Source of the DNA: Thermoanaerobaculia bacterium
GTDB taxonomy: Bacteria; Acidobacteriota; Thermoanaerobaculia; Multivoradales; Multivoraceae
Direction: 5' to 3'
Length of the DNA stretch: 64,000 nucleotides
Assembly: GCA_963664405.1 (NCBI GenBank)
Contig: OY761158.1
Span: 1,632,001 to 1,696,000, forward strand
Both the position numbers and the translations under genes were made by a program. Positions within the stretch are counted from its first letter, which is position 1; the number at the start of each line of letters is the position of its first letter. Below, in pieces: positions 9,944 through 17,592 of the stretch. Under the pieces are notes generated by a model that saw nothing but the letters and a program-made list of their open reading frames with translations, did not search any database and was not told the DNA's origin.

Positions 9944-11140
9944 ATGACTAGACCAGCGTTTCCAAAGTTCGTGTGCAATAGCTCGAGGTCATTCTGTTCG
10001 CTGGCCAGGCGCGCCGACGCAGGCATATTGGGCAATATGTCGAGGAGGCGAAACGCCGTCAGCGGACAGAAGGGGCCGAGATATGTGCGCGAACTTTGGA
10101 AACGCTCGTCTAGCGCACAATTGAAAATCAACGCCGTGCTCGTCGCACTAGCCGCCTGTTTGACCGCCGGGCTGCTGCACGCTGCAGATCCCATCACCAC
10201 AGACACCCACCGCTTCATCGAAATTAGAAACGGGATTTACCTGGCGCAAACGACGGCGTCGGTGTTCAACAGCAACTCGTTGGTTGTCGTCAACGACCAG
10301 GATGTCGTGGTGGTGGATTCCCATGCCACTCCGGCCAAAGCACGCGATCTCGTCGCTTCGATCAAGGCGATCACCCCGAAGCCCGTGACCGCGCTGATCA
10401 ACTCCCACCATCATTGGGACCACACCAACGGCAATCAGGAGTTCGCCGACATTCCGATCATCGGCCATGAGTTCACCTATATGAAACTGGCGATCGCGCC
10501 GCGTGAAGAGGTCAGCCGTCACCGTGGTCTCAGCCGCCAGAATGGAGAATTGGCTCAGTTGAGGGAACAGATCGCGTCCGTCGAGGACGACGAGGAGAAA
10601 AAACGACTCGAGACCCAAGCGGCGGTGCTCGGCGCGCACCTTGGCGACTTCGACGAGGTCGATCCGACGCCACCCAATGTGACTATCAGCGACCGCATGA
10701 CGCTCTATCGAGAGAAGCGCGAGATCCAGGTAATCTTCACTGGGCGCGCTCATACAGGGGGTGACGTCGTCGTCTACTTTCCCCAGGACAGGCTCGTCTT
10801 CACCGGCGATATGGCGCTAGGAGGGCCGTCATTCATGGGCGACGGGTTCGTCGATGAGTGGCCCCAGACCATGGAGAATCTCAAAGCGCTCGATTTCGAC
10901 ATCTTCGTTCCTGGCCACGGCAAGCCGGTCACCGACTTGAGAAGAATCGATCTCGTTCAGGAGTACTACAGAGACCTTTGGAAGAAGACGGCCGCCAAGC
11001 ATGCCGCAGGGGTGAGCCCGGAGGAGGCTGCCCGCACCATCGACATGACCAATCACACCGAGATCCCCATCCCAGAGCCGGGCGTGAACCTCCTGGCAGT
11101 AGAACGGATGTACACTCGGCTGGAGAGGCTCCAGAAATGA
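9944..11140 (+). CDS. MBL-fold metallo-hydrolase (cyclase-like), secreted, with an in-frame MITE after codon 2 (alternative start TTG 10121)
   Basis: NSHHHWDHTNGN, AHTGGD, FTGD and VPGHG motifs; hydrophobic signal stretch INAVLVALAACLTAGLLHA. Confidence 0.85.
   Translation: MTRPAFPKFVCNSSRSFCSLARRADAGILGNMSRRRNAVSGQKGPRYVRELWKRSSSAQLKINAVLVALAACLTAGLLHAADPITTDTHRFIEIRNGIYLAQTTASVFNSNSLVVVNDQDVVVVDSHATPAKARDLVASIKAITPKPVTALINSHHHWDHTNGNQEFADIPIIGHEFTYMKLAIAPREEVSRHRGLSRQNGELAQLREQIASVEDDEEKKRLETQAAVLGAHLGDFDEVDPTPPNVTISDRMTLYREKREIQVIFTGRAHTGGDVVVYFPQDRLVFTGDMALGGPSFMGDGFVDEWPQTMENLKALDFDIFVPGHGKPVTDLRRIDLVQEYYRDLWKKTAAKHAAGVSPEEAARTIDMTNHTEIPIPEPGVNLLAVERMYTRLERLQK
9948..10113. mobile_element. 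Palindromic MITE family 1, copy A (162 bp between duplicated TA in CTAG)
   Basis: 24-bp TIR CTAGACCAGCGTTTCCAAAGTTCG / CGAACTTTGGAAACGCTCGTCTAG (1 mismatch); second copy at 30917..31082. Confidence 0.9.
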
Positions 11141-11230
11141 TGGCTATCATTTCCTCCGCCTCTAGTTGTCTTTTGGCGCCGAGGACGGCGCACTTTGAGC
11201 TTGCTTCCTATTCGCTCCGGGAAACGGCTC
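11126..11230 (+). repeat. Intergenic repeat family 2, copy 1 (may extend to about 11302)
   Basis: AGGCTCCAGAAATGAT...TTTTGGCGCCGAGGACGGCGCACTTTGAGCTTGCTTC core shared with 12864..13240 and 53565..53696. Confidence 0.85.
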
Positions 11231-11394
11231 AGACAGATTCTGCAAGTCTCGGGTGAGGTTGGCGCGGAGAAATACTCGCTTGTCCGAATACTCGCCCGCG
11301 CTCAATCCTGACTGAGAGTCGATGTCCTCGCGCCATCTCCGGCGCTCGAGCCGGGTTAGTATCTGAAAACCACCACACCAAGGAGGGCGTCACG

Positions 11395-12867
11395 ATGAGC
11401 AAGAAGCAGACCCGCCGGGAGTTTCTACAGCAGTCTTCTCGCCTGGTAGCCGGCACGGCTCTGGCGGGGCAGGCAGCGACACGCGCCGGTGCCCAACAGG
11501 AGAGGCCGCCCAACCTCCTCTTCTTCTTCCCCGACCAGCACCGTCCCGACTGGATCGGCTACGGCCCCAACGCGCTGCCCATCTCGACTCCGAACCTCGC
11601 GCGCCTGGCTCGCACCGGCGTGAGCTTCAACCGGGCCGTCGTCTCCTCGCCCGTCTGCGCGCCCTCGCGTGCCTGCCTCGCCGGCGGACGCGAGTACGAC
11701 CGCTGCGGCGTGCGCAAGAACGGCATCCCGTATCCACGAGATCGCACCACCTACTACCGTCTGCTGCGCGACGCGGGCTACCACACCATGGGAGTCGGCA
11801 AGCTCGACCTGGCACAAGGCACCAGGGACTGGGGCTCGATGCACGCCGACGCCTGGGGCTTTTCGGCAATGATCAACAACGCCGGCAAGGCCGCGGGCAT
11901 GGGGGCCTACCTCAGTGACCCGGTCGGACCCAAGGGCCCTTACTACGAATATCTCGACTCTCTCGAGCCACCTCGAGGCCGCGCCTGCGCCGAAGACCTT
12001 GCACGGCGCAGCTCCAACCGTCCCGACGGCTGGTGGGGTGCCGGTACCCCTTCGCCGCTCGGAAACGACGCTTACTGCGACAACTGGATCGCGCGCAACG
12101 GCTTGAAGCTGCTCCGGGAGGCACCGGCCGAGCGGCCGTGGCATCTGGTCATCAACTTCGTCGGCCCGCACCCCTCGTTCGACATCACCCGCGAGATGGA
12201 ACGAACTGTCCGTGGTCCGGATCGGATCATCAAAGGGCTGCCGACGCCGCATCACTACCACAAGGGGACGTTCAGCGCTGAAATGCACGTACGCTCGAGG
12301 CAAAACTACACCGCCATGATCGAGAACATCGACGGCTGGCTCGGCCGTTACATCGACATGCTCGAAGAGACCGGTCAGCTGGAGAACACGATCATCGTCT
12401 ACAGCTCCGATCATGGCGAGATGTTGGGAGACCACGCCCGCTGGGGCAAGTCAGTGCCCTATCAGGCGTCCCTCGGAGTGCCGCTCCTGGCCGCGGGGCC
12501 CGGCATCCGCGCCGGCTTCGAAAGCGACGCGCTAGTGACGATCATGGATCTGGCAGCGACCTTTCTCGACTACGGTGGGGTCAACGTTCCCTCCGATATG
12601 GACAGCCGCTCGCTGCGACCGCTGCTTGAGGGCCGGACCGACAACCACCGCGACGCTTTGCTCTCCGGTCTGTTGACTCCTGAGGGCGACTGGCGACTGG
12701 TGTGGGACGGCCGCTACAAACTAGTACGAGACTTCGGCGACGAGCAATATCAGCTCTTTGACCTCGAGGCCGACCCTCTCGAGACTCTCAACCTGGCTTC
12801 TCGCGAGGCCGGCCGCGCGCGCCGCATGAAAGACTGGCTACCGGAGGGCTTCGAGGAGTCCGCCTAG
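11395..12867 (+). CDS. Sulfatase (choline-sulfatase-like), Tat-exported
   Basis: TRREFL Tat motif, PDQHR, CAPSRA formylglycine motif, SSDHGEMLGDH. Confidence 0.92.
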   Translation: MSKKQTRREFLQQSSRLVAGTALAGQAATRAGAQQERPPNLLFFFPDQHRPDWIGYGPNALPISTPNLARLARTGVSFNRAVVSSPVCAPSRACLAGGREYDRCGVRKNGIPYPRDRTTYYRLLRDAGYHTMGVGKLDLAQGTRDWGSMHADAWGFSAMINNAGKAAGMGAYLSDPVGPKGPYYEYLDSLEPPRGRACAEDLARRSSNRPDGWWGAGTPSPLGNDAYCDNWIARNGLKLLREAPAERPWHLVINFVGPHPSFDITREMERTVRGPDRIIKGLPTPHHYHKGTFSAEMHVRSRQNYTAMIENIDGWLGRYIDMLEETGQLENTIIVYSSDHGEMLGDHARWGKSVPYQASLGVPLLAAGPGIRAGFESDALVTIMDLAATFLDYGGVNVPSDMDSRSLRPLLEGRTDNHRDALLSGLLTPEGDWRLVWDGRYKLVRDFGDEQYQLFDLEADPLETLNLASREAGRARRMKDWLPEGFEESA

Positions 12868-13240
12868 CCGAGGAAAAATGATGAGTATCATTCCCCTCGG
12901 CTAGCTATCTTTTGGCGCCGAGGACGGCGCACTTTGAGCTTGCTTCTTATTCGCTCCGGGTATCGTTGTCGTTTGAGGCTAGAGGAGTCTGCGCGGCAGA
13001 AAACGAAACGGCGCTGCCCGAAGCGGATAAGAAGCAAGTCCCGAGTGCGCCGTCCTCGGCGCCAAAAGATAACTAGCCGCAGGAAATGATACCCATCATT
13101 TCCGGAGGCTAGGAGCGTGTCCGAGTATTCGGCCAGAGCCGTTTCCCGGAGCGAATAGGAAGCAACGCCTGAGTGCGCCGTCCTCGGCGCCAAAAGACAA
13201 CTAGGCGGAGGAAATGATAGCCATCATTTCTGGAGCCTAG
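12864..13240. repeat. Cluster of three family-2 repeat units (one +, two -), each bounded by CTAG, between convergent genes
   Basis: Core GGCGCCGAGGACGGCGCAC near 12914 (+), 13045 (-) and 13174 (-); the outer CTAGs coincide with the TAG stops of both flanking genes. Confidence 0.88.
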
Positions 13241-14334
13241 CGGCCGTGCCTCTTGTACCACTGCTCCTCCAACATTCGCGCCCCGAGCAGGGTACCTCGC
13301 ATCGAGTAGTTGCCCTCGTGGCAGGCAACTTCGTAGATGAGATCGTCGCTCCGCGGCATCGGTAGCGAACCGCCGTAGGGGGCGGCATAGTCGTGGTCGT
13401 CGATCCTGAACTCGTAGAACAGGGTGCCGGCGTCCTGCCGCGTGAAGCGCTCGACGACGTGGAGCCCCTCGTGGGGCGTGTCCCAAGAGCGAAGGAAATT
13501 AGTGGTGTCGACCACCAGGGTGTCGCCCTCCCACCATCCGATCGAGTCGCCCGAAAAGGAACGGACTCGAGGAGGCGCATGCTCGACGGGGCGCCCCTCC
13601 GAGTCGAGGCGGATAACGCGAGCCCAGTGCATCTGCTCGACCTGGATGACGACGTGATTCTCGGTTTGGATGATCTTCTGGAAGTTGTTGTAGGGCGCTG
13701 GCAGCATAGGCACGGTGCGCGATCCAGCGTAGATACAGCGCGTGCCTAGGCCTAGCATCTCGGGATGGTCGAAGATCCGATGGTCCCCAAAGGTGTAGGT
13801 CAGGGCCTTACCGTCGGGGCCGATAACGCCCTCCGCGAGCCACCAGGCACTGTCGGGATCCGAGGGCCCATTGTAGTCGTTGAAGGCGAAAGGGAGCCGA
13901 TGCTTCCTCCCCTGTGCGCTCAAAGACGGCATGCGACCGTCCGCTGGCTCGGTGAGGATCGAGTTGCGGTACTTCCCGTCGACGCTAAAGGCCGTTTCGC
14001 CCCCGTCGATAAATACCTTCCAGCCACCTCCGACGTTCTGAAACTCGTTCTTACCTCCTTTGACCGGCGCAACGCGATTCGGATCGCTGTCGGAGAGCCA
14101 GAACCTCCTCCATTCCGCCAGGGCCTCCTCGATCTCCCTCGCACCTTCGGCGCTCATGTGGGGATCGTTGCCGTACTTTGCACTACGTGTGATGGGCGTC
14201 CGTGTCTTGATGTCGTAGGTTCCCGACAGATCCGGCTTGCCGCTCAGCATGCGCGGAAGGTCGTCCTCGGCACCCAGAAGCGGGGCACACGGGAGGCCAA
14301 GAAGTACAACAACCGCCAGGAATTTCGTCATCAT
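13237..14334 (-). CDS. Uncharacterised secreted 'ACHEGN-family' protein, copy 2
   Basis: Signal peptide, GKPDLSG, TRC, GDSIGWWEGDTLVVDTTNF, YEVACHEGNYSM. Confidence 0.88.
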   Translation of the reverse strand: MMTKFLAVVVLLGLPCAPLLGAEDDLPRMLSGKPDLSGTYDIKTRTPITRSAKYGNDPHMSAEGAREIEEALAEWRRFWLSDSDPNRVAPVKGGKNEFQNVGGGWKVFIDGGETAFSVDGKYRNSILTEPADGRMPSLSAQGRKHRLPFAFNDYNGPSDPDSAWWLAEGVIGPDGKALTYTFGDHRIFDHPEMLGLGTRCIYAGSRTVPMLPAPYNNFQKIIQTENHVVIQVEQMHWARVIRLDSEGRPVEHAPPRVRSFSGDSIGWWEGDTLVVDTTNFLRSWDTPHEGLHVVERFTRQDAGTLFYEFRIDDHDYAAPYGGSLPMPRSDDLIYEVACHEGNYSMRGTLLGARMLEEQWYKRHGR

Positions 14335-14606
14335 TGGTCAACCCCCGGGAGTGACCCGCGGGTATTCTCTCATGCGTTGAGTATCATGGCGCGCTGTCAG
14401 GTACGCAGAGCGATTTTCGGGTGGCACCACGGGCCCCGGGCCGGGGGGAGGCGGCGATGGTCCCGGGAAGCTCGTCTGCTATGATTACCAGTCTGTCAAT
14501 AGACGACACATCCCGTCAATGATGGGGTCGATCTCTTCCCTCGACACCACCGCTGCCGCCGAGCGGCCATAGCCAGTCCTACGGAACGACGTCAGCGGAG
14601 AATACT

Positions 14607-16616
14607 ATGCGCTTCGTCGTTCATACTGAGGCCATGCCGCTCCTACTCGCCGGACTCGCCGCCTGCCTAGTGGGCACGGCGGCCCTCGGCCAGCACGGGG
14701 CGAGCGACGGCGAATGGCGACAGCACGGCGGCGGCGACGGCTCTACGAGGTACTCGGCTCTGAGCCAGATCGACGCTGGGAACTTTTCGCAGCTCGAGGT
14801 GGCCTGGCGTTGGGAGTCGGCGGACAAGCGCATCAAGGAGAAGGCTCCTTATAAGCGCGGGGTCTTCCGTTCCACACCTCTGATGGTGGGCGGTCGAATC
14901 TACGTGCCGACGGAGCTCAGCCAGGTGGCGGCCCTGGACGCGGGGACGGGAGAAGAGCTCTGGGTCTATGACCCGAAGAGCTACGAAGCGGGGAAGCCGG
15001 GGCAGGGCAACTACTACACCCGCGGCCTCGAGTATTGGACCGACGGCGAGGCCGGTGGAATAGAGCGCATCCTCATTGCGACCATTGGCCGCCAGCTAGT
15101 CTCGATCGACGCCAAGAGCGGAAAGCCCGACCCGCTCTTCGGCGAAGACGGCATCGTCGATCTGTCGCGCGATCTGGGGCGCCAGAACGTTGTCATCCGC
15201 AACATCTCCCATGGCCAACCGGGGATCGTGATCCGCGACACCTATGTCGTCGGCTCGAGAATCAACGATTTCCCTCAACGTAATAACAACCCCCCGGGCC
15301 ACGTACGTGCCTACGACGTGCGCACGGGTGCTCTCAAGTGGCGCTTCAACACCATCCCGGAGGAGGGCGAGGACTTCGTCGACACCTGGGAGAACGATTC
15401 CTGGAAGGTGACGGGCAACACCAATGTTTGGGCGGCGCTCAGTGGAGACGAGGAGCTGGGCTACGTCTACTTTGCCACCAGCACTCCGACCAGCGACTAC
15501 TACGGTGGTCTCCGCCACGGAGACAACGTCTATGCGGAGAGTCTGGTGTGCGTCGACGCTGAGACGGGCAAACGGGTCTGGCACTTTCAGACCGTGCATC
15601 ATGGCATCTGGGACTACGACATCGCGTCGGCTCCCGTTCTGCTCGACGTCGTGGTCGATGGCCGACTGGTCAAGGCTGTGGCGCAGGTGTCGAAGACCGC
15701 GTTCACCTATGTCTTCGACCGTGCGACCGGGGAGCCGCTATGGCCGATCGAGGAGCGACCGGTGAACTGGCACACCACGGTTCCCGGCGAGAAGCTGGCG
15801 AAGACCCAGCCCTTTCCCACCAAACCGCCGCCCTTCGATCGGCAGGGCGTCCGCGTCGACGACCTCATCGACTTCACGCCCGAGTTGAGGAAGGAAGCGC
15901 TCGAGATCCTCGAACAGTACGAGTACGGGCCGATGATGTTTCCGCCATTGATCCTGGCGGGCGGGGAGAAGAAGGGGACCCTGTTCTTACCCGGGGCCGG
16001 AGGCGGAGCCAACCATCCCGGTGCCGCGGCCGATCCGGAAACCGGCCTGCTCTACGTACAGTCGCGCACCGCGCCCTTCGCGATGGCCCTGGTCCGACCG
16101 GACCCCTCCCGGTCCGATTGGAAGTATGTGCACAGCCGGGTAGGAAGCGAAGGACCCCAGGGCCTGCCCCTCTTCAAACCTCCGTATCGACGCATCACGG
16201 CGATCGATCTGAAGCTGGGGGAGCTCGCCTGGCAGGCCCCATTGGGCGAAGGTCCGACCGGGCACCCCGCGATCAAGCATCTCAACCTCGGGCCACTGGG
16301 TGGTGGCAGTACCAGTGTCGTCGACGAAGGCGGGCTTCTGGTCACCAAGACACTGCTGATCACCTTCGCCGGTAAGCTCGACGAAAGAGGCAAGCGCTTC
16401 CGCGATGGATCGGGAGGCGCCTATCTCAAGGCCTACGACAAGGCGACGGGTAAACTGCTGGCCGAAGTCGACGTCGATCGCAGCCTGCACAGCTCGCCGA
16501 TGACCTATCTCGACCAAGGGCGCCAGTACATTGTCGTTGCCGGCGGCGGGGTGAGTGAGAAGGCGGAGCTCATCGCGTTCGCGCTGCCAGAGACCGAGGA
16601 AGGGCAAAGACCATGA
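14607..16616 (+). CDS. PQQ-dependent glucose/quinate dehydrogenase-like protein (soluble, signal peptide)
   Basis: YSALSQIDAGNF, PPGHVRAYDV, GNTNVW, WHFQTVHHGIWDYD, TQPFPTKP, PMTY. Confidence 0.9.
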   Translation: MRFVVHTEAMPLLLAGLAACLVGTAALGQHGASDGEWRQHGGGDGSTRYSALSQIDAGNFSQLEVAWRWESADKRIKEKAPYKRGVFRSTPLMVGGRIYVPTELSQVAALDAGTGEELWVYDPKSYEAGKPGQGNYYTRGLEYWTDGEAGGIERILIATIGRQLVSIDAKSGKPDPLFGEDGIVDLSRDLGRQNVVIRNISHGQPGIVIRDTYVVGSRINDFPQRNNNPPGHVRAYDVRTGALKWRFNTIPEEGEDFVDTWENDSWKVTGNTNVWAALSGDEELGYVYFATSTPTSDYYGGLRHGDNVYAESLVCVDAETGKRVWHFQTVHHGIWDYDIASAPVLLDVVVDGRLVKAVAQVSKTAFTYVFDRATGEPLWPIEERPVNWHTTVPGEKLAKTQPFPTKPPPFDRQGVRVDDLIDFTPELRKEALEILEQYEYGPMMFPPLILAGGEKKGTLFLPGAGGGANHPGAAADPETGLLYVQSRTAPFAMALVRPDPSRSDWKYVHSRVGSEGPQGLPLFKPPYRRITAIDLKLGELAWQAPLGEGPTGHPAIKHLNLGPLGGGSTSVVDEGGLLVTKTLLITFAGKLDERGKRFRDGSGGAYLKAYDKATGKLLAEVDVDRSLHSSPMTYLDQGRQYIVVAGGGVSEKAELIAFALPETEEGQRP

Positions 16617-17377
16617 GCGAGACGCCCGCTACCTTGCGTCGAACGCGCGAAGCTGGTCAGCGTCGTGACGAGATCCTGACCGCGGCGCGCAAGATCCTGC
16701 ACGGTGAAGGCGTTGGTGCCTTCTCCATCCAGCGCCTCTCCGACGTGTCGGAATTCTCCCGGCCCACGATCTACAAGTACTTCCCCACCAAGGAGGAGGT
16801 GCTCGTCGCGCTGGCGATCGACGTCATGCATCTGCGCTGCGCCCTGATCAAGCGGGTGGATGCCTGGGGCGCCCGGCCCCGCGAGCGCATGCTCGCAGTC
16901 GCCGAGATCAACGTTGTGCTCTTCCCCCACCTCTATGGCTCCCTGTTTCTGGTCCTCGCGAGAAACGTCCAACAGGCCGCCTCCGCAGAGGCCCAGGAGC
17001 GACTGAAAGCGCTCGTAGCAGACTTCCACCTGCTCAGGTTGGCGATCGTCGAGGAAGCGGTCGCCGATGGAGATCTGGTGCTGCCTTCAGGGTTGAGTCC
17101 AACTGAGGTCATTCACTTGTTCGCAACCACGATCACCGGCGTCCTGGGCCTGGTCGATTACGCACTGCCGATCCAGGATCTCGGCGTTGACGACGCGATC
17201 GCCTCGATGCGGCGCGTCGTCCGCACTCAGCTCGACGCCATAGCTTGGCGCCCCTTGTCGAAAGAGTGGGATTACGAGGGCAGCGTGAAGCGTATCTACG
17301 AAGAGGTGTTCCCGCCCGAGCTTGTGTGGGAAATCCGCAAGAAAGGAGAACCGGACATTCTCCAGCCGGCTCTTTGA
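16613..17377 (+). CDS. TetR/AcrR family transcriptional regulator
   Basis: FSRPTIYKYFPTKEEVL HTH; ATGA overlap with the upstream PQQ gene; C-terminus WRPLSKEWDYE..KRIYEEVFPPEL shared with 1023..1808. Confidence 0.9.
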   Translation: MSETPATLRRTREAGQRRDEILTAARKILHGEGVGAFSIQRLSDVSEFSRPTIYKYFPTKEEVLVALAIDVMHLRCALIKRVDAWGARPRERMLAVAEINVVLFPHLYGSLFLVLARNVQQAASAEAQERLKALVADFHLLRLAIVEEAVADGDLVLPSGLSPTEVIHLFATTITGVLGLVDYALPIQDLGVDDAIASMRRVVRTQLDAIAWRPLSKEWDYEGSVKRIYEEVFPPELVWEIRKKGEPDILQPAL

Positions 17378-17592
17378 GAATGTCCTTTGATATCAACACA
17401 TAATTTTGGATCGAATTCAGAATATTGAAGCCCCCCCCCCTCCCGGGAAGCGACGACCGGCCTGTGGATCCATTGTTTTAGCGGGTTTCTAGAGCCGAGC
17501 TCGAGAACCTTCGCCTGGAACGATTCTTGCTTGAAAATGTGATTACCGCCTTGACCTAGTGTTTAAGTCTCTCTCAATCTGGAGGATCGAAA

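Noticed and set aside
12864-13240. Possible CRISPR array
   Set aside because: Units exceed 100 bp, are in mixed orientation, lack unique equal-length spacers, and there are no cas genes
17396-17430. NrdR-like boxes upstream of TBDR2 (ACACATAATTTTGGAT, ATTCAGAATATTGAAG)
   Set aside because: Weaker matches and 19-bp spacing; not called, but worth including in a PWM scan
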